Shown here in pieces: positions 25,323-34,534 of a stretch of DNA of 64,000 nt. Within the stretch, counting starts at the first letter, position 1; each line of letters opens with the position of its first letter. Where the stretch lies: positions 62,001 through 126,000 of IMG/VR virus record IMGVR_UViG_3300027985_000843. One strand, written 5' to 3'. The notes beneath the pieces were generated by a model. The model ran no database searches and had not been told where the DNA came from. It saw only the letters and a list, made by a program, of their open reading frames with translations. The position numbers and the translations under genes are program-made.

Positions 25323-28265
25323 CGTAAGGTTCACTAGGTCGTAGGTGCCCGCCCCGAGATTGCGGTCGGCCAGTCCCCGGCCAAACTCCTCAGGGTCAAT
25401 CTTAATGCCCAGCTTCGGGTCAATCAAGATGCCCCCACTTTCGTCGATCACTTGGAGCGTCTTGAACTTGCTTTGACCGCTTTCGCCGCCGAACGGCTCA
25501 GCCCCCTTGATCACCTGCGCCACAATCCGAACAGACTGCCGAGTAAGGTAGGTGCTCGGAATAGCAAACACGGCCACCTGACCATCTTGACTCGGAACAG
25601 GCTTCGGCTTAGAGGTCGGCGCGGGCGGGGGAGTCGAAGCCTTTGAGGTAGTCGTAGGCTTCGACTCCGAAGCCTGCATGGGTTCTGGTTCGGGAGCGTT
25701 CTCGTCATCCTTGACCAACGGAGCATCCGCCGGTGCCTTGTTGGACCGAGGTTCGTCCTCGAAGGGCAGACGCCAGTTCTCTCCCTTGGGCTCGACGATG
25801 TCCAAGAACCACTGGGGCAAGGGCTCTTCGGGCTTGTCCTTGTTCAAGAAGTACGTCGTCTTGCCCTTCATGACGTCTTCCCAGTCGAACTTGGCGTCCC
25901 AGCTCTTGCCGACCAGGGGCTCGACGTAGAAGGGGATGTCCCAACCCACGATGCGAGGAGGACTCTCCATGACACGCACGAGTTCGGGCAGGACTTCCAT
26001 GAGCCGATCCTTGCGAACCTCGAAGACGATTTCATCGTGCACGGTCATGAGCATGCGGACAGAATCGTCACCGTTGTCCTTGAGCCAACCCTTGCTGTGA
26101 AGAAGCTTGGTCAGCTTGACCAAGCTGATCTTCAGGATGTCAGCACCCGACCCCTGAATCGGGTAGTTCGTGCTCTGTCGCTCGCAAGATGCTCGTATCT
26201 TCCGAGCGTCCTTCTCATCCACCACCATCCGAGAGGGGTGCTTCTTGGTTCGGGTCGTGTACTCACCCACCTTGATGTCGGCGTCGGGGATGGACACGAA
26301 CCGACCAAACCCCGTCGTAATGCCCCTGTTCTTCTTGACAGATGTGTGCTGCTGCTTGACCCATCCGGAGAACACAGGCACGGAAGCATCGAAGGCTTCC
26401 TTCTTGCGGGCCGCCTCGACCTTATCGCAGCCGGTGGCGCGTTGGATGGCACCCACACCGCCACCGTAAATCAGCGAGAAGTTGGCGATCTTGCCTGCCG
26501 TTCGTTCCTTCTTGTGGTTCTTCGTGATGTGCGGGCCAAAGAACGCCTGGGCCGTAAGGGTGTGCAGGTCGCCGGTGCCCTCCAGGAACTCGTGCCGCCA
26601 CTTGGGCTCTTTCGACACGCATGTGACGACGCGAAGCTCTTGGCCGGCGTAGTCGATCTTGACCAAGACATAGCCCTCGTGAGCCACGAAGAGCCGGCGG
26701 AGAGAGTTGGCGACTTTCGGCCGCTTCGGGTCGGTCTTGGCAGGTATCCCGTGGATGGGCACGCCCGCGAAGCCTTGGTCGGGGTCTCCTTGAGGTGCCG
26801 TGAATCGACCCGTGGCAGCTCCCGTCTGCTGGAAGTTAAAGCGCAGCTGTCCGTGCTCGTCCGTGTTGGATGCGAGCTTGGTGAGGTACGTCCCGATGAT
26901 CTTGTCGATCTGTCGGTACATCACGATCCACCGAAGGACCTCCACCTCCTGGTTGTTCTCGTAGATGGCCTCCAGTGTCTTGGCGTCCGTCTTGTACTGT
27001 CCGCTGGACTCGTTCTTTTCCGGCTTGTTCGGTAAGTCGAGGCCGCGTTTCGTGAACAAGAAGTCCGAGAGCTGCGCAGTGCTCGATGGGTTGAACTTCT
27101 CGAAGCCCTTGGCCTTCGCAGCCGCCACGAGCTTGTCTTCGAACTCCTGCCGCTCGGTGTACGCCTCTTCGAGCAAGGCATCGATCTCGCCCTTGTCCAC
27201 GAGCGTGCGGGAGCGCTCCATTTCCCGGGCACCCTGGGCCGACTGCTTCTCCAGACGAAGGATTCCTCTGAACTTGGGCTTGTATGACGGCCCCACAGGG
27301 CTCTTGTAGCTGTACTTGAGGCCCTTAACCGTGTGTTTCCAGGCGACCTTCTTGGTCTCGCACAGAAGCTCCGTGCAGATGGCATCCGAGCAAGCGTACA
27401 GAACGACGCTCGAACCATCCGTCGGCCGGAGGACGGAGAACTTCCGCAGCTCCTTCGGAACCACAGGCTCGAAGAGCTGCGCGAATTTGATCATCTCATA
27501 GGGGTAGATCGCCCCTGTCTCCGGGTCCTGGATGCTCAGATGCTCCTCGGCATTCTCCTTGAGCCCCAGAATGTCTTCTGTGTACAGCACGTAGGTGGAC
27601 AGCATGCCGTCCTGGAAGCTGTCCGGGTGCCAGAAGTAGATGCCCGTGATCGGATACAAGAACTCCTGGTCGAACTTCGCGTGCCAGAAATAGATGACGA
27701 CGCGGGGAGGTATCTCGAACTGGGGCGAGGCATACTGGTCCGGCGCATCCTTCACCACCACCGGCTGAGACGCCAAACACAGCCGCTTGATCTCGGCGTT
27801 CGTCTCCTGGAGGGGAAGGTTGGGATTGGGTTCACCCATTTCCGCCAAGAATTTGTGCCCGATCGGAAGATAGTGCCCGACGCCCTTGACCGAGATGCAG
27901 TAGCCGACGATCTTGTGACGCGTGTGCGGCTTGCCCTCCTTGTCGTAGTCGATTCGGTTGTCCAGACCCTCGGTCTCCAAGTCCAGAGCACATCTGCCAT
28001 GCTCAATGGCCGAATCCACCAAGGCTCTGACTTCGTCGATGGTCTTGACCAGCCGGAACTCGTGGAACTGCATCCACGGTTTTCTGAGTGCCTCCGTCTT
28101 GATTTGGTCCGCTGTTTTGATGTCGCCAACGAAGTCTTCCAGGTCATCGCAACCCACCCCATCAACGGGGGGCGGTGGCGTCTCGACTTTCGGTGTGGCC
28201 TTCGGAGCTGCTTCGGCGAAGCTCTCCAGGTCGAGGTCGTCATCCACCACGTTCATGTCTTCCAC
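25320..28265 (-). CDS. polA: DNA polymerase family A with 3'-5' exonuclease, no 5'-3' nuclease domain
   Basis: Exo I LDLETEG, Exo II WHAKFD, Exo III YACSDA; motif A DYAGQELR, motif B RTAGKIANFSLIYG, motif C TVHDEIVF. Confidence 0.95.
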   Translation of the reverse strand: MEDMNVVDDDLDLESFAEAAPKATPKVETPPPPVDGVGCDDLEDFVGDIKTADQIKTEALRKPWMQFHEFRLVKTIDEVRALVDSAIEHGRCALDLETEGLDNRIDYDKEGKPHTRHKIVGYCISVKGVGHYLPIGHKFLAEMGEPNPNLPLQETNAEIKRLCLASQPVVVKDAPDQYASPQFEIPPRVVIYFWHAKFDQEFLYPITGIYFWHPDSFQDGMLSTYVLYTEDILGLKENAEEHLSIQDPETGAIYPYEMIKFAQLFEPVVPKELRKFSVLRPTDGSSVVLYACSDAICTELLCETKKVAWKHTVKGLKYSYKSPVGPSYKPKFRGILRLEKQSAQGAREMERSRTLVDKGEIDALLEEAYTERQEFEDKLVAAAKAKGFEKFNPSSTAQLSDFLFTKRGLDLPNKPEKNESSGQYKTDAKTLEAIYENNQEVEVLRWIVMYRQIDKIIGTYLTKLASNTDEHGQLRFNFQQTGAATGRFTAPQGDPDQGFAGVPIHGIPAKTDPKRPKVANSLRRLFVAHEGYVLVKIDYAGQELRVVTCVSKEPKWRHEFLEGTGDLHTLTAQAFFGPHITKNHKKERTAGKIANFSLIYGGGVGAIQRATGCDKVEAARKKEAFDASVPVFSGWVKQQHTSVKKNRGITTGFGRFVSIPDADIKVGEYTTRTKKHPSRMVVDEKDARKIRASCERQSTNYPIQGSGADILKISLVKLTKLLHSKGWLKDNGDDSVRMLMTVHDEIVFEVRKDRLMEVLPELVRVMESPPRIVGWDIPFYVEPLVGKSWDAKFDWEDVMKGKTTYFLNKDKPEEPLPQWFLDIVEPKGENWRLPFEDEPRSNKAPADAPLVKDDENAPEPEPMQASESKPTTTSKASTPPPAPTSKPKPVPSQDGQVAVFAIPSTYLTRQSVRIVAQVIKGAEPFGGESGQSKFKTLQVIDESGGILIDPKLGIKIDPEEFGRGLADRNLGAGTYDLVNLT

Positions 28266-28696
28266 TAATCACCTCCTCGAACCACCACAACATACACCCC
28301 GGCCCGCCACTGTTCGATCGCCTCCGACGCAGCCCGACGCAAGGCATCGTCCGCTTCCGTCAGCTCGAAGCACCACGGCATCTTCTGAGACGCATGGTGG
28401 CACTCAGGCCCCTGAAGAGGGCACCGACGATCGTTGGGGGGCCGCTTCTCTCGAAACCAGCACTGCCGGGCCTCCAAGGGGACTTTTCGAAGAGCGCCCT
28501 CGGGAGGTATCCCGAGGGCATCCACGAGTGGGCGCGACCAACCATGCAGGGCATGATCGATCGTGTCCTTGTCCACCACGGTCACCAAATCACCATAGGC
28601 CGTGCCCTTCAGGACGGCCCAGTTTTTCTCCCATCCGTTCAGGAGGAGCAAGTGCAGCTCCCCCTTCTCGCGGGTCAGTAGTTTGACGTGCCTCAC
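28265..28696 (-). CDS. Cys-containing hypothetical protein, start reassigned to GTG 28696
   Basis: GTGA overlap with the stop of hidden ORF 28693..28857. Confidence 0.65.
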   Translation of the reverse strand: MRHVKLLTREKGELHLLLLNGWEKNWAVLKGTAYGDLVTVVDKDTIDHALHGWSRPLVDALGIPPEGALRKVPLEARQCWFREKRPPNDRRCPLQGPECHHASQKMPWCFELTEADDALRRAASEAIEQWRAGVYVVVVRGGD

Positions 28697-28857
28697 TGTG
28701 ACTGCTTGAGGACAAGGACGATGAGGCCCACCGATGTGATGACACTCACACAGCCGAGGACAAACACTGACAGCCACAGTTGAAATGTGGCCTTTTTCAA
28801 GCGGTCGAGTTCCTGTATGATCTCAGGAGCAAGCTGAACTCGCTGGATTTTAGACAT
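28693..28857 (-). CDS. Small single-pass membrane protein (54 aa), absent from the ORF track
   Basis: Hand translation MSKIQRVQLAPEIIQELDRLKKATFQLWLSVFVLGCVSVITSVGLIVLVLKQSQ*; overlaps both neighbours and fills the gap. Confidence 0.7.
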   Translation of the reverse strand: MSKIQRVQLAPEIIQELDRLKKATFQLWLSVFVLGCVSVITSVGLIVLVLKQSQ

Positions 28858-29512
28858 GACTGATCTCCTCGATGGGAACGGACCGCACTTTGGCCCCGAT
28901 CTTCTCCAATAGACCCCTGAGCACCTTCTCTCCCTGAGTCGGCGTCAACATCCCCTTGCCCACCTTGTAGTGGAGGCGGTCGAGGATGGACCCGGCGGTG
29001 AGATAGCCCTGCAAGTCCCTCAGCTTGTAGTAGGAATCCCTAGAGGACTTCAGACGGCTCTCACAGGCCGCGTAGAGCCGCTCGAAGCTCTCCAAGGCCA
29101 TGTTCCCCATGTCGGCCCGGAAGGTGGCTTCCTTGGGCATCTCCGACGGCGTGATGCCGTATTCTCGCTCGATGCTCGCCACCACGGAACTGAAAGACAT
29201 CTCTTCGGCCGCGTGGAACTTGCGCCACAAGGCCACAACGTCCCACCGCTCCTGACAGACGAAGCACCAGGCATGGGATCGGCTCCGCCCGTCCGAGGGG
29301 TAGACGCGAGCGCTAGGCTTGTTGTCCTGCCCATGGAAGGGGCAGCGGAACTGCTCCTCTCCGTCGACGGAAGCAAGCTCCACGCCCCCGTTACGAAGCA
29401 CGTCGTGGGCGGTCACCTTGTCGTGGATGACGTCCACACGTTGCCGCAGCCAAGAGAACCAAGCCTCCTTGGACTCGATCTCCTTTCGGACGTCGTTCTC
29501 GGAAGTTGCCAT
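28850..29512 (-). CDS. CHC2 zinc-finger protein (DnaG zinc-binding domain without TOPRIM)
   Basis: CPFHGQDNKPSARV...WCFVC. Confidence 0.85.
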   Translation of the reverse strand: MATSENDVRKEIESKEAWFSWLRQRVDVIHDKVTAHDVLRNGGVELASVDGEEQFRCPFHGQDNKPSARVYPSDGRSRSHAWCFVCQERWDVVALWRKFHAAEEMSFSSVVASIEREYGITPSEMPKEATFRADMGNMALESFERLYAACESRLKSSRDSYYKLRDLQGYLTAGSILDRLHYKVGKGMLTPTQGEKVLRGLLEKIGAKVRSVPIEEISHV

Positions 29513-29515
29513 GCG

Positions 29516-30976
29516 TCACACCATGCTCAGGATGTCGTCCGGATCCTCGCACCCCATGCCATGCCCCTCCACCTGCGTGACGTCGAAGTTCTTGAGACGC
29601 CGACAGGTGAAGTTCACCTTGACGATGGTCCGGTCGAACAAGGGGTTGTCTCGGTTCTTGAGGTTGCAGCAGACCGTTGTGCCCGCCTGTCTATGGGCCT
29701 GGTTGAGATAGGTGGTCGTGATGACGTCGGCGCTCCTCTCTGCCTCGTTCGCGTAGCTGAGGGCCCGCATCTTGTATACACCATCGGCCTTGTCGGCCTG
29801 GTCCTTACCGTCACGGTTGATCTGGAAGAGCATGAGCAGAGGGATGCCCTCGCCGCCGTTGAAATGCAGGGCGAGCTTCTTCCCGTCCCGGAGGACAGAG
29901 TTCAGCTCGATGGTGTAGTTGGTGTTGTGTCGGCGAGGCTTCACCAGGCCGCCGTGGTCGATGACCAGCAGCCCGATTTCCATCTGCCGGTGCATCAGCT
30001 CGGCTTCGATTCTGATGTCGTCCAACGTCACGTCACGGTCCGGACACCAGATCTCGAACCGGGCGTATTCGGGGTTGTTGGCGAAGTCGTTCAGGACGAG
30101 ATCGTAGAACTTCTCCTCCTCCAGCGACAGCTCCCCGTCCCGCACCTTGCGGTAGTCCAAGGGTTCATAGCCCATGGCCGCGAACTTGCCGTTCGCCGAG
30201 TGAAGAACGTGGATGATTCGCTGGATCTGCTCAAGAGGCATTTCCAGCGACACGTAGAACACGTTCGCTCTGAATCGGGTGACGAGGTTGTACGCCCAGT
30301 TGAGCGCAAAGGTGGACTTCAATTCACCCGCAAAGCCTGCGTGGACCCACATCTCGCCACGCTTGATGCCCCGGCACACCTTGTCGATGTCGTTGATGCC
30401 CGTGAGCTTGCCGTACGCCTTGCTTTTGTCGTGCTTGGCCGCGAGGTACGCTTCCCACGAGTTGTCCGTAAGGACCCTCAGGTTGCCCCTGGTTCTGGTG
30501 TTGGCCTCCCTCGGTAGCAGGTCGACGGCTCGGGCACTGTAGAACAGGTGGGCGTCCGAAGTACCTCGATAGATCTTCTTCTCTCGCCCCTCCTGCACTT
30601 CCATGCCCTTGCTCACCACCTCTTGGGCGTCCTTGAGCAACTTGAGCATCTTGACCTTGTTCTGGTCGTCCAGCAGTTGCTTGAGCAAGAAGCCATAGTT
30701 GGCGTACGTGTAGACGGGCTGTCCCTCGATGTCCTTTAGCCGCTCCAACGCCTCGACGTTGTTGGCCTTCGTGAAGTAATCCTCTACCGTCTGAGCCGAC
30801 GGGAGGTTGGGCAAATTGTGCTCGAAGTAGGACTTGACGAATCTGAAGATTTGCTCGTCATCCGGCCGGTTCCACTGGATGTTCGAGCCCAGCAAGTAGC
30901 GGAAGTTGACCGACAGGGCCTCCGGGTCAATCTTACCGTCCTCGAAGTCAATGATCGATCTGAGAAGACGAATCAC
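29516..30976 (-). CDS. DnaB-like replicative helicase
   Basis: Atypical Walker A AGFAGELKST, YVSLEM, LLVIDH, FQINR, ERSAD, KNR. Confidence 0.85.
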   Translation of the reverse strand: MIRLLRSIIDFEDGKIDPEALSVNFRYLLGSNIQWNRPDDEQIFRFVKSYFEHNLPNLPSAQTVEDYFTKANNVEALERLKDIEGQPVYTYANYGFLLKQLLDDQNKVKMLKLLKDAQEVVSKGMEVQEGREKKIYRGTSDAHLFYSARAVDLLPREANTRTRGNLRVLTDNSWEAYLAAKHDKSKAYGKLTGINDIDKVCRGIKRGEMWVHAGFAGELKSTFALNWAYNLVTRFRANVFYVSLEMPLEQIQRIIHVLHSANGKFAAMGYEPLDYRKVRDGELSLEEEKFYDLVLNDFANNPEYARFEIWCPDRDVTLDDIRIEAELMHRQMEIGLLVIDHGGLVKPRRHNTNYTIELNSVLRDGKKLALHFNGGEGIPLLMLFQINRDGKDQADKADGVYKMRALSYANEAERSADVITTTYLNQAHRQAGTTVCCNLKNRDNPLFDRTIVKVNFTCRRLKNFDVTQVEGHGMGCEDPDDILSMV

Positions 30977-31836
30977 CAGCGGCCTCCCTTTCCCTTCTTG
31001 AACTTCGACTTTGGCTGGGCCTTGGGCCTCGACAGAAGCTCCACCTCGTCACCCGCGTCGTCCGACTCATCAGGTTCGGGTTCGTAGGGGTCAGGCTCCT
31101 CCTGGCTGAACTCCTCCTCCGGCTCTACGTCGGTGACCGACAATCCCAAGTCATCGTCGCTGCGTTCGCCCACGTACCGCCTCCCAGGGTCGACCGGCTC
31201 AACATCGACGGATTCGAAGTGCGTTCGGAGATACTCCTCCACTTCTTCACTCCGAGAATGCAGCCACGGTCGGTCTTCCTCGTGGATGACCCACACAGCA
31301 GCCTGCATGGCTTCCCGGATCATCAAAGTCTCCAGCAAGGCACCGGCCGCCGCCCTGTTGGGGTAGCCGATAAAGCCAAGCCGAAGGATGATGAGGTCGT
31401 AGTCCTCCACGAAATCCGACAAGGAGTTGAACACCTCGCGGACCTCCCTGGAGGCCAACGGTTGGTTGCGATACTGCTCGTTGCCGACGTAGACGTTCTT
31501 GATTTGCTGATCTGTGATGATCTTGAAGTTGAATTTCAGGCCCTTGCAGCCCAGGACCCACTTGAGGTGAGGCAGCAAGTTGGGCCACGGGCAGTCGAGG
31601 AACAGGTTATCCCCTGTCCGGTCCACGGAGGGCGGTTCCCCCTTCGTCATCTGGAACAGAGGGCTGGACGTCACGTGGGTGGAGCTACTGATCTCCGGAC
31701 CCAGCTTCTCTCGGAGCAAGATTGAGAGCATGTTCCGACAGGGCCGGTCCGTAAATTCATCGACGGGCACCGAGCCATTCCCATCGCAGCCGGGAAGTCT
31801 CGGCAGCCCACACCTCGGGCATTTGGATTCTGCCAT
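30973..31836 (-). CDS. Hypothetical protein, possibly degenerate DnaC/IstB-like helicase loader
   Basis: DLIILRLGF...ALLETLMIRE...AVWV pattern resembles the loader C-terminal half; position immediately upstream of DnaB; no P-loop seen. Confidence 0.45.
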   Translation of the reverse strand: MAESKCPRCGLPRLPGCDGNGSVPVDEFTDRPCRNMLSILLREKLGPEISSSTHVTSSPLFQMTKGEPPSVDRTGDNLFLDCPWPNLLPHLKWVLGCKGLKFNFKIITDQQIKNVYVGNEQYRNQPLASREVREVFNSLSDFVEDYDLIILRLGFIGYPNRAAAGALLETLMIREAMQAAVWVIHEEDRPWLHSRSEEVEEYLRTHFESVDVEPVDPGRRYVGERSDDDLGLSVTDVEPEEEFSQEEPDPYEPEPDESDDAGDEVELLSRPKAQPKSKFKKGKGGRW

Positions 31837-31845
31837 TAGTCTCCC

Positions 31846-33627
31846 TTACACCGACTTTGAATTTTGCAGCATCTTGACAAGGCTTCGCAGGTCGCTGCCA
31901 CCTGTGTCGAACTTGAGAGCCCCAACAGCTCCCTCGCCCAGCACCTTGTCGATGAACCCTCGCTTGTTTCGGAGCAGGGTCAGCACGTGGTGGTCGATCG
32001 TCTTGCTGTCGGCGGCCTTCTCTTTGCCCGGCCGCATTGCCACGAGATGGAACACGAGCACGCCCTTGTGGGGCGAGCCGATTCTGACCATTCGTCCAAG
32101 GATCTGGAGGTAGTTTCCCCACGACCAGGGGGCGTCGTAGAAGACGGTGGCCGCCGCCATCTGGAGGTTGATGGCTTCCGACCCGGCATCTGTGATGAAC
32201 ACGACGTTGATGCCGCTGTCCGGGTCCTGGAACTTCTTCTGGTTGCTGCGTCTGACCTTGTCGTCCGTCTCCTTGCCCGTGATGCGGGTCGACTCGATGC
32301 CCTGCTTCTTCAGGATGGCCTGGAGTCTCGGCACGAGGGAGGCGAAGCGGGTGTAGACGATGACCTTCTGATCGTCCAGCTGCTCCGAGAGCAGGTCGAC
32401 CAATGCCTGTTCCTTCGACCCCAGGGAATTCACCCTGTATCGCTTCGGATCGTCAATGAGGTCGGCGTTGACACCCGAGCCCTCACCGAACCCCAACATT
32501 GCGAGCGAATTGACGACCTGCTGGCAGTAAATGAGGGACACCAGAGCCTTGTTGTCCTCGTAGACCTTCATCTCGCCGTCGCCCAGCTCGAACACGCCGG
32601 TGAGGGCCTCTGCGTACTTCAGCTCCTCGGGACGCGACAGCTCAACCACGATCTCTCGCGTGGTGAGCGTGGGCAGCTCTTTCGCCACCATGTGCTTCTT
32701 GCGGCCAAGGAAGAACGGATCGATGGTCGATCTGAAATGGTCGAGGTTCTTGTACCCCTTGATGATGGGAACTCGGGCCTTGCCCATCTTCTTCAACTCG
32801 ACGAAGCAATAGGAGTCGTGGAACTTCGATTGGGTGGTGAACAGCCCGGGCCGAACCACGCCGTAGATGCAGTAGCCCTCGAACAGTCGGTTCTTCAGAA
32901 GGGTGGCCGTCAGGCCGTAACATCTGTTCGCCTTCCGGCTCAGGAACTGAGCGATTTCCCACGTCTTGGTACGCTTCGACTTGAAGGCCGTCGCCTCGTC
33001 GAACACCACCGTGAGCTTTTCGATCGATCCCGTGATTTCGTCGAGGAGCCCTGGCTTGACAGGCTTCTTTGGATCTGGCTTGCCGTCCGGCTTCAATGGC
33101 TGAAAGCCGCCCTCATTCCAGTCCCGAACCAGCAGGGCGTAGTTCGTGATCAAAACGGCAGGTTTCTTGCTGTCTCGCCACTTCTGGTATGCCTCAGTTC
33201 GGAGGTCAAGAGCTGACTTGCCCTTGGTCGGCTTGGCCGAGGCCACGATGGGCTCGACCCCCACGAGGAAGCGTCTGATCTCGTCCGCCCATTGCTCGAT
33301 GGCGCTTTTGGGGGCAACCACGATGACCTTGTGGTCTGATTCGGCCTTCGAGTCCCACAGGTAGGCCATGGCGGCAAGAGTCTCCACCGTCTTGCCCAAA
33401 CCACAGTCATCCCCAAGCACCATCCGCTTGAGCGTCATCATGTGATAGACGCCCTGCACTTGGTAGTATCTGAGGGTGAAGTCTTCCTCACCCCCTCCGA
33501 TACTCGTGATTCTCTGTCTGAGCCACTTGCATGGCTTCAAACTCACTGTCTTGGATGCCCGTACTTCTTTGAGTCTCTCGTAGGCTTTCGCCATCGAAGG
33601 AGACAACTCCGCCATCGGTTCCAGCAT
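31846..33627 (-). CDS. SNF2-family (SF2) helicase/ATPase
   Basis: GDDCGLGKT, VFDEAT, LTAT, GSEAINLQ, QILGRMVRIG. ATG 33627 lies 10 nt after GGTGTA. Confidence 0.9.
   Translation of the reverse strand: MLEPMAELSPSMAKAYERLKEVRASKTVSLKPCKWLRQRITSIGGGEEDFTLRYYQVQGVYHMMTLKRMVLGDDCGLGKTVETLAAMAYLWDSKAESDHKVIVVAPKSAIEQWADEIRRFLVGVEPIVASAKPTKGKSALDLRTEAYQKWRDSKKPAVLITNYALLVRDWNEGGFQPLKPDGKPDPKKPVKPGLLDEITGSIEKLTVVFDEATAFKSKRTKTWEIAQFLSRKANRCYGLTATLLKNRLFEGYCIYGVVRPGLFTTQSKFHDSYCFVELKKMGKARVPIIKGYKNLDHFRSTIDPFFLGRKKHMVAKELPTLTTREIVVELSRPEELKYAEALTGVFELGDGEMKVYEDNKALVSLIYCQQVVNSLAMLGFGEGSGVNADLIDDPKRYRVNSLGSKEQALVDLLSEQLDDQKVIVYTRFASLVPRLQAILKKQGIESTRITGKETDDKVRRSNQKKFQDPDSGINVVFITDAGSEAINLQMAAATVFYDAPWSWGNYLQILGRMVRIGSPHKGVLVFHLVAMRPGKEKAADSKTIDHHVLTLLRNKRGFIDKVLGEGAVGALKFDTGGSDLRSLVKMLQNSKSV
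31847..31852 (-). promoter_or_regulatory. Class A motif (CGGTG-TAAGGG)
   Basis: 10 nt upstream of ATG 31836; overlaps the SNF2 stop. Confidence 0.55.
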
Positions 33628-33637
33628 CCCGCAACTA

Positions 33638-33643
33638 TACACC
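33638..33643 (-). promoter_or_regulatory. Class A motif (CCTTCGGTG-TATAGT)
   Basis: 10 nt upstream of ATG 33627. Confidence 0.75.
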
Positions 33644-33654
33644 GAAGGTGATAG

Positions 33655-33963
33655 TTACCGACGGATGAAATGAGCCTTATTGCGACGAAACGCTATCTGC
33701 TGAGCCTCGTCCATGGCCCTATGAATTTGCTCGGTGGTCGCGCCAGCATCCATAGCCGTTCGCAGAGTGGCAGAGACCTCCCGCGACAGAATAATCTCCG
33801 CCTGTATGGGGACCTTCGCTTTGCGCGGCATCCGCATATCCGCATCAAAAGACGACGTCACGATAGCCGGCGTCTTGTGCAAGTACACCTTCACCCATGT
33901 CGCCCTCAGGCGACGCAGGCTCAGGAACACATTCATCCTTCGAACACGACTCAGACGATTCAT
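33655..33963 (-). CDS. Basic hypothetical protein
   Basis: ATG 33963 lies 13 nt after GGTGTA. Confidence 0.6.
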   Translation of the reverse strand: MNRLSRVRRMNVFLSLRRLRATWVKVYLHKTPAIVTSSFDADMRMPRKAKVPIQAEIILSREVSATLRTAMDAGATTEQIHRAMDEAQQIAFRRNKAHFIRR

Positions 33964-33976
33964 GTCTGTAGTACGA

Positions 33977-33982
33977 TACACC
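33977..33982 (-). promoter_or_regulatory. Class A motif (CCTTCGGTG-TATCGT)
   Basis: 13 nt upstream of ATG 33963. Confidence 0.6.
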
Positions 33983-34000
33983 GAAGGCAAGAGTTCGGAA

Positions 34001-34534
34001 CTATCTTACTTCGCACGTACCGGGAGGTGCCGGATCGGGCACACCATCCCACCAAGTGCTCACGAGCTTCGCCACCCCCTTTGTCTCCACAGCAAAGACA
34101 ATCGTGAGCCGGGACGGGGTCGTGTAGCGAATCTTTTGCCCCTGTTCGATCATGGCCGACAACACGCCATAGAAGGGGTCGTTCCTCTTGCGAAGGGCGT
34201 GTGCCTCCTTGGCCCATTCGACGAAGGCTTTCTGCACGTCTTTGACGGAGACTTTGCGAAGATCCATCCGGTATTGAGCGTGCGGGCCGATGAGCACCTT
34301 GGTGACGATGCTCTTGGTCTTCTCCACTTGCAGGTCGTAGACCTTGGCCGCGTCAGGATTGGACAAGGGCTTGCCGTTCTCGACCTGCTCGACCAGCTTG
34401 TCCTTGAGGCGCGGGTTCTGGATCTCTTGATCCACTCGCTGGACCACCTGGCAAGGGCCTCCTGGCCGCCCAAGAGGCGGGTTCAGGTCGGCAAGGAATC
34501 TCCGAACGACACCTTCTGCGGTTGCATGCGTCAT
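34001..34534 (-). CDS. DUF4258/RelE-like fold protein with N-terminal VVRRFL motif
   Basis: HAQYRMDLRKVS..DV ... LTIVF...KLVSTWW; ATGA overlap. Confidence 0.6.
   Translation of the reverse strand: MTHATAEGVVRRFLADLNPPLGRPGGPCQVVQRVDQEIQNPRLKDKLVEQVENGKPLSNPDAAKVYDLQVEKTKSIVTKVLIGPHAQYRMDLRKVSVKDVQKAFVEWAKEAHALRKRNDPFYGVLSAMIEQGQKIRYTTPSRLTIVFAVETKGVAKLVSTWWDGVPDPAPPGTCEVR

Noticed and set aside
25320-33627. Inteins or introns in PolA, DnaB or SNF2
   Set aside because: No C/S...HN-C/S/T junctions, LAGLIDADG motifs or large interruptions between conserved motifs were seen.
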